A DNA stretch of 64,000 bases from Octopus vulgaris (Eukaryota), in assembly GCA_951406725.2 (NCBI GenBank), contig OX597820.1:55986001-56050000 (forward strand), written 5' to 3'. A program made the translations under genes and the position numbers. Each line of letters starts with the position of its first letter. The first letter of the stretch is position 1. Of the stretch, positions 41,358 to 53,658 are shown one piece after another. The notes beneath the pieces were generated by a model. That model had not been told where the DNA came from, made no database searches, and saw nothing but the letters and a program-made list of their open reading frames with translations.

Positions 41358-41425
41358 TACACAGAAAAAACAAGGAGAGAAAAAAAAATGTGTGTAGTAG
41401 CTAACGATCTATATATATATATATA

Positions 41426-41807
41426 CTAGCAGTATCGCCCGGCGTTGCTCGGGTTTGTAAGGGAAATAACTATAAAGCATCTTTAGAGAGTTATAGCCAA
41501 AAAATAGCAAAAAAATGGAAAAAAAATGATGGTAAATTTTTTTTGGAGAGTAAAAAAAGGTTGAGTTGCGTCCCCTAGACAGTCTGTGGTTTGTTTTTTT
41601 TTATTCTCGACCCCATGTCGAATTTATCGATTTTTTTCAGAACTGGGGGAACTTTTCAAAATTTTCGCTGCGTTAGTTTTGAATTATGACATTGGGCTAT
41701 GCGTGTGTCAAGTTTCATCAGAATCGGTTGAAAGCCGTGGTCAGGGTGAGGGTACGAGAAAACAGACACACAGAAACACGCACAGACAAACTGCCGTTTA
41801 TATATAG

Positions 41808-41812
<5 letters not shown>
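41426..41812 (-). mobile_element. non-autonomous Helitron-like element, short variant
   Basis: Minus strand: TC start, about 260 bp shared with the 5' part of 16574-17349, hairpin CCCGAGCAACGCCGGG, CTAG|T end. Inserted in (TA)n. Confidence 0.85.
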
Positions 41813-41850
<38 letters not shown>

Positions 41851-41857
41851 CATATAT

Positions 41858-42067
41858 ACCAGAGTAAGCACATAAATGTGAAACACGGTAGAGAAAATAG
41901 GACTTGAATATCAGAGGTAGAGCAATAAGCTTTGTTAATAAAAATATCACAAAAACTGTTACTCAGAGTCTCACATTCCCATTCATTGGACAATTTAGGT
42001 CCGACGAACGGGAACATGAAACACTGAGTAACAGTTTTTGTAATGTTTTTGCAGCTTTATTAATAAA
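41858..42067. mobile_element. head-to-head pair of hammerhead-bearing short elements (CCGAYGA family)
   Basis: Plus: CCGACGA(42001)-ACGGGAACAT-GAAA-CACTGAG-TA-ACAGTTTT. Minus (41951-41995): CCAATGA-ATGGGAATGT-GAGA-CTCTGAG-TA-ACAGTTTT. Confidence 0.7.
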
Positions 42068-42718
42068 ATACACACACACACAAACACACACACACATACA
42101 CACTCATGTATTATTTACCCGTGTGCCGGTGTGCATGTGTAAAATGGTGAACGAGACTTCTAGAATTTTCTGTTTAGTTTGTGACTTTTGGAAATTCCTT
42201 TATTGGTTTGTATACAAGTACTAAATTATCTCATGGGTGCCTGTTTCCCTTTCCACTTATGCTAGCAAAGCACGTGTCAGATTGCTACCAGTAATACACA
42301 TCCATATGGGAAGTAGATATATAATATATGTACATATTTTAAAATATATAACAATGTCTCTATTTTCAAGTGTCCATTCATTATATTTCATTATATATAT
42401 ATATATATGTGTGTGTGTATATACACACACATATATATGCACATATATATATGTATAATACATATTTATAAATATGTATACATATACATATATATTCTCA
42501 CATATACATATTTTTAGGTCAGCTGCCTAATGATGATATATATATATAACATACACACACACACACACACGCATATATATATACATACACACATATATAT
42601 ATATATACATATATATATACATATACACATATATATATATACATATATACATACATATATATATACATATGTATATACATATATATATACACATACATAT
42701 ATATACATACATACATAC

Positions 42719-42749
<31 letters not shown>

Positions 42750-42851
42750 CATACATATGTACATATGTGCATATACACACAAACATATAAATACATATAA
42801 ATATACATATATATATATATATATGCACCTATACACATATATATCCATCTG

Positions 42852-42925
<74 letters not shown>

Positions 42926-45849
42926 CACACATACATACAACTGCACACACGCACACACATACATGCATGCTAATGAGGAAATACACAAGTCATATTATAC
43001 ACATTTTACAGCCAAATTTTACAGACGACTATTATAAATTAACAAGTTTAACTGGTTTCTTTTTATTTAGAGAATAGCACTGTAAAATGATTAAAGGGAA
43101 CTCAGATATATGTAATACGGAAAAAAAAAATTATCATCAGATCTTGAAGCAGGTTTTTAAAAAATTACTACAAAGAACACACACAAAAAAAAACTAAACA
43201 AAAGCAGACCCACACGCACACGTATATATATATAATTACTGACGAATATGGTTCATTATTCAATATACACATGAAATAATCCTTTCTTATTTTGGCACAA
43301 GGCCAGCAATTTTGAGGGGTGGTGAAGTTAATTACATCGGCCCCCAATGCTCAACTGCTGCTTATTTTGTTGATATTGATTGCAAAAGGGTGACAGGTGA
43401 AGTTGACTTTGGTGGAATTTGAACTCAGAATGTAAAGACGGATGAAAGACTGCTATGCATTTTGTTTGTTCGGCATGCTAACGATTCTACCATTTCGTTG
43501 CCTTATAAATATGAAAAAACCAAAATAATAATTATTTCAAATTTAGACACAAGGCAGGAAGTTTGGGGAGAAGTGGGGAGAGGGGTTTTATCTTTTATCC
43601 TTGTTTTTTTACTTGTTTCAGTCATTGGACAGTTAGTGGTCATGCTGGGGCACTGACTTGAAAGCTTTAATTGAACAAATGAACCCCAGAACTTATTTTT
43701 TAAATCATCATCATCATCATCGTTTAACATCCGTTCTCCATACTAGCATGGATTGGACGGTTCGACTGGGGATCTGGGAAGCCAGAAGGCTCCACCAGGC
43801 TCCTGTCTGATCTGGCAGTGTTTCTACAGCTGGATGCCCTTCCTAACGCCAACCACTCCGTGAGTGTAGTGGGTGCTTTTTACGTGCCACCGACACAGGT
43901 GCCAGGCGAGGATGGCAACAGCCATGATCTGGTACATATTCTAGCAGTGTCTTTTGCTGAACCACTAAGTTATGGAGATATAAACAAACCAACACTGGTT
44001 GTCAAATGGGGTGGTGGTGGTAGTGGAGAAAGACAAACAAAAGCACAGACATACACACACATACAGCAGGCTTTGCCTACCAAATTCATTCACAAGGTAT
44101 TATTGATCAACCCAAGAAGGCAGTGAGCAGGCAGAAACGTTAGCATACTTAGCGGTATTTTGTCTGTCTTTACGTTTTGAGTTCAAATTCTGCCAAGGTC
44201 GACTTTGCCTTTCATCCTTTCAAGGTCGATAAATTATCAGTTGCATACTGGGGTCGATCTAATTGACTGGCCACCTCCCCCAAAATTTCAGGCCTTGTGC
44301 CTAGAGTAGAAAAGATTAATGGTCAACAACCCAGGGCCATGGTAGAAGACACTTGCCCAAGATACCATACATTGGGAATGAACCCCAAACTATATAATTG
44401 TAAAGTAAATACACGCAACAATACATTACACAAACACATTCACACATAGACATACACCAGCATGTATACACACAGAAACTAGCATGTGTACGCACACACA
44501 CAACTTATTTAATTATATAATACACAAATACATACATTTATACACACTCATATGGATGCAAATGTGCATACACACACATACAGACACACAAATTTGATGA
44601 ACTCTCTCATTGATTTGGCTAAACATGTGCTCCAGTTGTTCAATCAATGGAACTACTATTGTAGTCTTTCGGTTCATTATTGGTGTAGGAGTGGGCCATG
44701 ATGTGCTATTTCTCAGTCAGACATAATTTTGGAGCTCTCAGTGTACGCGGCAGCTGTGTCCTACATAGAAATGTGTCATGCCAATAGATTTACTTCCCGC
44801 CTTTCAGAGAGGCCAACTCTTTTCTATTCTTAAAAATGTCAATGAGCATTCCTACGATAAGCAGATTATGATTTGCTATGAAAACTTGGGTCAAATCTGA
44901 GGCTGGAAACATTTGTTTATTCCTTCTTGAGCCATGCCTGGCTCATAAGGGTCAGTTTCCTGATTTCTTTGGCATATAGGTTCCCCACTTGGACTGGATG
45001 CCAGTCCGTCACAGGTGAGCTGCAAGATGCAGGAGGAAAGAGTGAAACCTTCTGCAAGAGCCGCATAGAGCTTAGGTGTTTCGCTCATAAACACACACAT
45101 CGCCCGGTCTGAGATTTGAACCTGCTATCCCTCAACCGCGAGTCCACTGCTCTAACCACTAGGCCATGTACCTCCACACTGGAAATATTAGCCTAAAGTG
45201 GTGCATATTTTTTCACGCTAAGAGTTGTTGAAGTATGGAACAAACTGCTGGCATCATTTGTGAGTTGTCAGAGCTCTGCATCCTTCAAAACTTCCATGCT
45301 TCCTGAGATTCACCAACACTACACCTGATTTTCTCCCCTCCATACACACACAAGCATGTATCTGACTCATACACTGTTCATTTCTCAGACATTTGTACAT
45401 TACTGTATATGCTTTATATGCACTTTTAACAAGTTGTGGTGCACCTGAGCACTGTATACAATAATTTCATTATTATTATTATTATCATTTTTATAATGAT
45501 TGTTATCACCGTCCATGAAGGCACATGGCTCAGTGGTTAGTATGTTAGGCTCACAATCATGAGGTAGTGAGTTCGATTCCTGGACAGGGCTGTGTGTTGT
45601 GTCCTTAAGCAAGACACTTTATTTCGCATTGCTCCAGTTCACTCAGCTGTAGAAATAAGTTTGCGATATCATTGGTGCCAAGCTGTGTTGGCCTTTGTTC
45701 TTACTTTGGATAATATTGGTGGCTGGGATGCATGGGCGATTGCTGGTCTTCCATAAACAACCTTGCTTGGACTTGTGCTGTGAAAGGGAACCTTTTAGGT
45801 GCAATCCTATGGTCATTCATGACTGAAGAGGGTCTTTACCTTTTACCCT

Positions 45850-45985
45850 ATCACCACCACAACCACTACGACCACCACCACGACCATGACGACCAACCAT
45901 GATGACCACCACGACAACTACCCCGACCACAACGACCACCACCACGACCACGATGACCACCACGACCACGATGACCACCACCACA
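45850..45985. repeat. (ACC/ACG)n imperfect trinucleotide repeat
   Basis: Direct inspection. It explains the poly-V ORF. Confidence 0.9.
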
Positions 45986-46540
45986 TAGAAAAGTGATATC
46001 AGAAGATCCAGGATGAGAGGGAGAAAGAAGTAAGAGTATGAGGTTAGAAACATAGTAATTGGGATGAGAGGGTGGTAGAAAGAGTGATGGTGATGTATAA
46101 TAATAGATGTGGGTAAATTATATGAGTGAATGAGGAATGACAATATCAAGAGATCCAAAAGTTGGATGAGTATAAAAGGGTTGTGAAGGTGTGTGGCTTA
46201 ATGGTTAGGGTATTCAGCTCACAATCATGAGGTCGTGAGTTCAGTTCCCAGTGACGCGTTGTGTCCTTGAGCAAGACACTTTATTTCGCATTGCTCCAGT
46301 TCACTCAGCTGGCAAAAATGAGTGGTACCTGTATTTCAAAGGGCCAGCCTTATCACACTCAGTGTCTTATTGAATCTCCCTCAAAACTACGTTAAGGGTA
46401 TACGTGTCTGTGGAGTATTCAACCACATGCACATTACTGTCATGAGCAGCCTGTTCTGTTGATTGGATCAACAGAAACCATCACTGTCGTAACTGACAGA
46501 GTACCAGAAAGAAACAGAAAGGATTATATATATATACAGT

Positions 46541-46840
46541 AGAAGCGCAATGGCCCAGTGGTTAGGGCAGCAGACTCGCAGTCGTAGGATTGTGGTTTCG
46601 ATTCCCAGATCAAGCATTGTGAGTGTTTATTGAGCGAAAACAGCTAAATGATTCACGAGGCTCAAGCAGGGGGTGGGGGCGATCCCTACTGTACTCTTTT
46701 GCAACAACTTTCTCTCACTCTTTCTTCTCTTGACCTGCTTGCTTAGCCAGTGGGGTGGCGTCACTGAAGGCTAAAACAATGTGAAGTGCATTGTGACCAG
46801 CGATGTGCAGCAACATCTGATAGCCTGGTTGGTCACGGTG
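46541..46840 (+). mobile_element. tRNA-derived SINE, additional family
   Basis: Head TGGCCCAGTGGTTAGGGCA...GGTTTCGATTCCC followed by a non-tRNA body; ends in (TA)n. Confidence 0.65.
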
Positions 46841-47588
46841 ATATATATATTCATACACACACACACACACACATATACAAATACAAGTATGTAAAATACC
46901 ATACAATATTAATTGTTGGTTTATTACAGCTATCTCCACTTCTAAAGGACTTACCAAATGGCAATTAAGACCAGCTCCACTCGACAAGGGGAGATAATCT
47001 CAAGAATCAAGGATTCTCCAAAGCTGACATACTATCAAGGAAAAGGACAGGCTTATTGTTATTCCTGTATTCTATTCCATTTCTTTTCCTATTCTCTTAA
47101 TCACTCCCTCCATTTGCTTTGACTTCAGGAAAATTTGAACATTCTCCTGGAGCGTAGTAAACAGAGATCAAAGTTATAATAACTAATATTTTCTTACCAA
47201 TATATAATCATAGGTGCAAGCATGGCTGTGTGGTAAGAAGTTTGTTTCCCAAGCAAATGGTTCAGGGTTCAGTCCCACTGTGTGGCACCTTGGACAAGTG
47301 TCTTCTACTATAGCTTTGGTCAACCAAAACCTTGTTAGTGAATATGGTAGACAGAAACTGAAACAAGCCCATTATATATATAACAGAAATATGTTACAAA
47401 AAGAAAATAGAAATTACACATGGAAATGTAAGGGGAAAGTAAGAAGAAAAATAAACGAAAATGCACAATGCAAATCAAAAAAAGTAAAGGCTTTTTATGA
47501 AAAGTAACGATAGATATATACAATTAGATGAACTGAGGTAGGAATAAAAGTAATAAAAGGCATTATTGTGAATTGTTAAAGAGATTTA

Positions 47589-47627
47589 AAAGCATATCGG
47601 TTTCGTAAATTTACTAATCATTGCTTT
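47589..47627 (-). ncRNA. hammerhead-like motif with A3-U8 covariant core
   Basis: Minus strand: AAAGCA-ATGATTA-GTAAATTTAC-GAAA-CCGA-TA-TGCTTT. Perfect 6-bp stem I and GTA/TAC stem II. Lies in an insertion (47380-47645) splitting SINE A 47213-47822. Confidence 0.55.
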
Positions 47628-49495
47628 GAATGCACACCAATTAATAATTGGTGTTGGTTTGTTTACTTCCCCATAGCTTGGTAGTTCAGCAAAAGGAGAC
47701 TGATAAAATAAGTAGCAAGCTTAGAAAATACAAAATAAGTACTGGGTCAATCTCTTCGCCTAAACCTTTGAAGGTAGTGCCCCAGCCTGGCCGCAGTCCA
47801 ATGATTGAAACAAGTAAAAGAAAGACAAAAGAAAAATGAATGCATACTTATATTTATCTTTTATCTGTTGTAGTCATTAAGCTGCGGCCATGCTGGGGTA
47901 CTTTTTAGTTGGATTAATTGACTCCAATACTTATATTTTTCTTTAAAACTGGTAATTATTTTATCAGTCTCTTTTTGCCGAATTGCTAAATTATGAGAAC
48001 ATAAACACACCAACACTGGTTGTCAAGCGGTGGTGGGAAACAGGCACAGACACACAAACATCCACACACACAAGCACACACACATGCGTACACACAAAAG
48101 CACACACACACACACATGCGTACACAAACACAGACACAAAGATACACACACACACACATACACACATAAGCACAGTTTCTGCCTACCAAATTCACTCACA
48201 AAGCTTTGGTCAGCACAAGACTTATAACAGTAGACACTTGCCCAAGGTGCTACATAGTGGGACTGAACCTGGAACCATGTGGTTGAGAAGTAAGCTTCTC
48301 ACCACACAGCCAGCGATGCCTGAACCTATATGCATATAAAAATGCATTTAAAGTCAATAGAAGGAGTGAATACATGGCTCAAAAGACTCTTAATCATTAT
48401 CTGAACAGCAACTCTATGAGAGAGTAATTTCAAGTTAACACTGAAAGTAAACAATCAGTGTCTCATGCTGTGACTTGCCTTGCAGAAGATAAGAAGCAAG
48501 ACACGAGAATTTAAAGACTGCACCATCTTTTATTTTGGGCATACATTTTTCTTATTGTAAGATTAGTATTCGAGTGAGAAATTGAAATATGATCTGCATA
48601 TGTAGGTGCAGGCATGGCTGTGTGGATAAGAAGCATGCTTTGCAATCACATGGTTTTCAGTTCAGTACCACTGTGCAGCACCTTGGGTGAATATCTTCTA
48701 CTGAGGCTCTAGGCCAACAAATACCTTGTGAGTGGATTTGGTTGATGGAAACTGAGTAGAAGCCTGTTGCATGTGTGTGTGCATGTGTCATTGTTTCTGT
48801 TTGTGACTCCGCATCCCAACCGTTTGACAACTGGTGTTGGTTTGTTTATGCCACTATAACTAAGTACTGGGGTTGATTTGCATGGCTAAAATCCTTCAAG
48901 GCAGTGCTCCAGCATGGCCACAGTCCAATAACTGAAACAAGTAAATGATAAACATCATCAACTACCACCACCACACTGTATATAATAAATATCATTATGA
49001 TATATACTATATACAGTTATATATATATCTTGTATGCATAACTCAAACCTTCTCCCTGGCCAAAAGGGATAAACAACCTTCAGTTAAACATCCATTAACG
49101 TCATATCGCCTGAAGAAATGAATCCATGAAGAAGATCTACCCGATGCCCACAGATATTATGGACTACACTGTAATCATCCCACGAATATGATCTTAAGAG
49201 ACATGTGATTTGTGGAAATGTGCCTAGCTATGCATTAGAATATATATAAATTCCATCCAAGGAATATTGTTATTATTACTACATTTACAATACGTAATTT
49301 GAATCCACTCTTCGATTTAAGGTTTTCCTCAATTTTTATAATTGAATGAATTTATATTGAATTCATTTATTTTGTTTATTTTGTTCATTGCATGCTTAAG
49401 ACCATTAATTGAAAGGACCAATGAAACAAATGCATTTTGAAAGGTGTATCCTTTAACTAGTCTTGATCATATTGTTATTTCTATTCTATTTTAAC

Positions 49496-49542
49496 AAAAC
49501 TGTCCGACGAATAGGAACGTGAAACTCTGAGTAACAACTTTT
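49496..49542 (+). ncRNA. hammerhead motif (CCGAYGA family)
   Basis: AAAACTGT-CCGACGA-ATAGGAACGT-GAAA-CTCTGAG-TA-ACAACTTTT at the 3' end of a ~540-bp segment bounded by TA runs. Confidence 0.65.
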
Positions 49543-49936
49543 GTTATATTTCTGCTGCTTTCAAATAAAGTGTATATATATCAATGCATATATATAATGG
49601 GCTTCTTTCAGTTTCCATCTCCCAAATCCACTCACAAAGCTTTGGTCAGCCTAGAGCTATAATAGAAGACACTTGCCCAGAGTGCCATGCAATGGTATTG
49701 AACCTGAAATCATGTGGTTGGGAAGCAAACTTCTTACAACAGAGCCACATTAGTACTGATCAATATAGTATATAGTATATATTATACTATCCTCTCTGAT
49801 TTCTGAATGTTTTCTACATCCTTTGACTATTCAACTTTGAATACTATTTGAAATATTTCTTGCCAAGTAGTGATAACATGTGTATGAAATGGAAGTTGTT
49901 TTTGCTTGTTTTTTTTAGTGAAATTAATAAATTTTT

Positions 49937-50168
49937 ACGTATATTTGCCATTTAAATATGGCTAACCCCTAAGGGTGGATGCTACTGTAGTTTGTAGCTC
50001 CAGGAGGACACCTCCTCCAGCTGGCTTTAGACACACTTTCTGTGCCCTATCAGTATTGTGTGTTTAAAGTGTGTCTATAGCCAGCTGGAGGAGGTGTCCT
50101 CCTGGGGCTATAAACTACAGTAGCATCCACCCTTAGGGGTTAGCCATATTTAAATGGCAAATGTACGT
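49937..50168. mobile_element. fold-back MITE with ~103-bp arms and 26-bp spacer, probable TA TSD
   Basis: Arms 49937-50039 and 50066-50168 are near-perfect reverse complements: TA|YATTTGCC...GGCAAATG|TA. Confidence 0.82.
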
Positions 50169-51266
50169 CACGATGTGTTGTAGCTACTGTTTATAACTCG
50201 CTCTGAGATTTATTATTGCTTAATAAATTTTGAGAAAAATGGAAATGAGTATTTTGTATGTATATACTAGTAATACGATGACCAACTGCTACTGTAGTAT
50301 ATAACAAATATGTTTCTATCTGTATCAGTGAAAATAATAACAATATCGTTCAAAATTTCACTAAACTACTACTGACATATTGTGTAAGATAAACTAAACA
50401 GCTTGCCTTTGTGAGACCACAGGATGAAAAGCAGGCAGCCTCTGCAGTATTTCACTAGGAACTGTTGAATAGAATTTCCATTGAACTGAGACAGCTTGCA
50501 CATTCTATATTGAATATTCAATGAAGCCTGTTAAACATTTTTGCATGGTTTGTATTGAAAGAGAGAGAGAGGGAGAGAGAGAGAGAGAAAGAGGGGGGAG
50601 AGAAAAAGAGAAGGAGAGAGAGAAAGATGGAGGGAGGGTGAGAAACAGAGAGGTTGTGGAAAAGTGTGTGTCTGTGTGTGTGTAATTGTCTGTGTCTGCC
50701 TGTCTCTGAATGTTTCAGACTGCTATTTCAGTTCCAGTGTATTAAAAAAACAAAAGAAAAAGAAAGAAAGAAAAAAAAAAACAAATCAAGAAGGAAAAAC
50801 AATACAAAAACAAAAAAGAACCACAAGCTGTCACCAAATTTTGTATGTTGTTTTGTTTAACAGCTGGATGTTCTTTTTAATTTTAACCATTCAACTGCAG
50901 AACATAAATGGGACATGTCAGCCAGAAAAACCGAAGAAATTAGAGTTATGAGCCTTGAGTAAAACCACAGTTCAATGCTTGTGTTTATATATGAACATGT
51001 GTTATACACAAGACACACATACTTATATACTAGTATATATATATATATATGTATGTATGTATGTATATATATGTATGTATGTATGTATGTATATATTTAT
51101 GTATGTATATATATGTATGTATGTATATATGTATGTATGTATGTGTATGTATGTATGTATGTATGTATGTATGTATGTATGTATGTATGTATGTATGTAT
51201 GTATGTATGTATATATATATAGACATATACACATATATGCATGAATACATATATACATGTATACAT

Positions 51267-51298
<32 letters not shown>

Positions 51299-52440
51299 CT
51301 CATCATCATTTAACATCTGTTGTCCATGCTGGTATGAGCTGGAAGGCTGCACCAGACTCCAGTCTGATTTGGTACAGTTTCTATAGCTGGATACCCTTCC
51401 TAACGCCGACCACTCTAAGAGTGTAATGGGTGCTTTTATGTGCCATTTGCATGGCACCTGTATCTGCTACAACTGCAATTTTACTTGGCTTGATGGGTCT
51501 TCTTGTCAAGCATGACATAATGCTAAAGGTCTCAGTTATTTGTCATTGCCTCTGTGTGTCCCAATACTTGAAAGGAGTTTACATGTGCCACTGACATCAG
51601 CCACTTTGCCTCCGTGAGGCCCAATGCTCAAAAGGCACTTTTTATGTGCCACTGGCACAGGTACCAGTTACGTGACGCCAGCATCGGCCACAACTATGAT
51701 TTCACTTGGCTCAGCATATCACCAAATGTCTCGGTCACTAGTCATTGCTTCTGTGAGGTCCAAAGTTCAGAGATCATGCTTCCCCATCAATCCCATGTCT
51801 TCATGGGTCTATCTCTTCCACAGTTAGAAATCAGCACTTCTTTACACAGCTGTCCTCGTCCATATGCTTCACATGACGACACCAGCGCAGTCATCTCTCT
51901 TTTATACCACATCTGATGCCGCTTATGCCCAACTTTTCTCTCAAGATGCTTATGCTCTGTCATACACACACTAACATTGCATATCCAGCGAAACATACTC
52001 TCAAACTTACGCATGTCCTCAGCTGTCACAGCTCATGTTTCACTGCCGTGTAGCATAGCTGTTTGTACATAGGCATCATACAATCTGCCTTTCACTCTGA
52101 TGGAGTTGCCAGCAAAGGTAGGAGCTCCATGAACTTTGCCCAGCCTATTTTTATTCTCACAGCTACACTGTCAGAGCATCCATTTCTGCTATTAACTTGG
52201 TCACCTAGATAACGGAAGCTATCAATTATCTCTAGCTTACTCCCCTTGCAGTTGATGGAATCTATTTTCTGTACATTTTCAGTGTTTATTGTGCCTGTGC
52301 ATATTCCACACACAAAAGCTATTTTCCATATTAACCTTCCTTTGATATTGCTGCACCATAGCTTACAATGGGTACATCTTATAGATTTTTAACCCACCTT
52401 TTCTACAGGCCATCTACCTGAAGAGATTTGTGATTTGCCT
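51299..52440 (-). mobile_element. RTE-clade LINE fragment (RT C-terminal region and 3' UTR)
   Basis: LEIIDSFRYLGDQVNS..VRIKIGWAKFMELLPLL (ORF 52092-52313), further decayed ORF2, (GAT)n tail on the minus strand. Confidence 0.82.
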
Positions 52441-52698
52441 TCCTTCCAACTTATATATATATATATATTCTTTTACTTGTTTCAGTCATTTGACTGCAGC
52501 CATGCTGGAGCACTGCATTGAAGGGTTTTAAGTCAAACAAATCGATCCTTGGACTTTTATTTTAAGCCTAGTACTTATTCTATTGGTCTCTTTTGCTCTA
52601 AGTTATGGGGATGTAAACACACAAGCACCAATTGTCCAGTGGGAATGGGGTGGGGGGAACGACAAACACAGACATATATATATATATATATATATATA

Positions 52699-52920
52699 CT
52701 TTATTTAAAGCAGCAGAAAATTCAACAAAACCTGTTACTCTGAGTTTCCCGTTGCTGTTCATTGGACAGTTTTTGCTAGCAAAAACTGTCTGATGAACGG
52801 GAAACTCAGAGTAACAGGTTTTGTTGAATTTTCTGCTGCTTTAAATAAAGCATATTACTCTACCACTGGTATTTGAGTACTCTTTTTTCCACCTTGTTTC
52901 ACATTTATGTGTTTACTCCG

Positions 52921-52921
<1 letters not shown>
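52699..52921. mobile_element. spacer-less palindromic pair of CCGAYGA-family hammerhead elements
   Basis: Arms 52699-52777 and 52778-52850 centred on GCT|AGC. Plus: AAAACTGT-CTGATGA(52790)-ACGG-GAAA-CTCAGAG-TA-ACAGGTTTT. Minus: CCAATGA-ACAGCAACGG-GAAA-CTCAGAG-TA. Unique tail to 52921. Confidence 0.78.
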
Positions 52922-52975
<54 letters not shown>

Positions 52976-52978
<3 letters not shown>

Positions 52979-53352
52979 AAACAATAACAATAGTAAATAA
53001 TGATAATGTGTTTTGAATGGTGCAACAATGCACTGTATTAACAACAATGAACTATAATAACTGGTGTAATTTAATCATCCATAGCCAGATAAAATATTTC
53101 GGAATATAAAAATTCCTTCTTCAGATATCCCTAGGGATTGATCTAATCACTGCTGCAATTAGTTTTCTGACTGTAGGAGTGACTTGATCAATCCCTAAGG
53201 ATATCTGAAAAATGAATTTATATTCTGAAATATTATATCAGACTATGGATGATTAAATTATAACAGCTATTAATAGTCCATTGTTGTTAATATAGTGCAT
53301 TGCTGCACAATTCAAAACACATTTTTACTATTTACTATTATTATCGTTTACA
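52976..53352. mobile_element. head-to-head inverted pair of hammerhead elements (AATATT stem III family)
   Basis: Minus 53088-53130: GGATAT-CTGAAGA-A-GGAAT/ATTCC-GAAA-TATT-TTATC. Plus 53199-53239: GGATAT-CTGAAAA-ATGAATTTATATTCT-GAAA-TATTA-TATC. Confidence 0.72.
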
Positions 53353-53388
53353 AATAATACACAATGCTTCAAGTAACTACAATACTCT

Positions 53389-53430
<42 letters not shown>

Positions 53431-53450
53431 CATACATACATACATATATT

Positions 53451-53658
53451 TATATTTATCAAAAGAAAAAACAGGATGCAAAGGATTTTGCAGTACATAT
53501 GTTTCTGGCTTTATTGAGCAATTTATATCAATGCATAATTGATAGGCTGTTGACCTACATGTTATATCAATTATGCATTGATATAAATTGCTCAATAAAG
53601 CCAGAAACAAATGTACCGCAAAATCCTTTGCATCCTGTTTTTTCTTTCGATAAATATA
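53451..53658. repeat. inverted repeat with 94-bp arms and 20-bp spacer, carrying a half-hammerhead GAAACAWATGTA
   Basis: Arms 53451-53544 and 53565-53658, inside (TA)n. Confidence 0.85.

Noticed and set aside
42105-42318. Possible additional Helitron (minus-strand TCTACT start, CCGGCACACGG hairpin)
   Set aside because: No clear CTRR terminus and no second copy in the window.
50874-50972. Possible exon after ttttgtttaacag
   Set aside because: Short stop-limited frames with no recognisable homology; acceptor-like motifs are common in AT-rich DNA.
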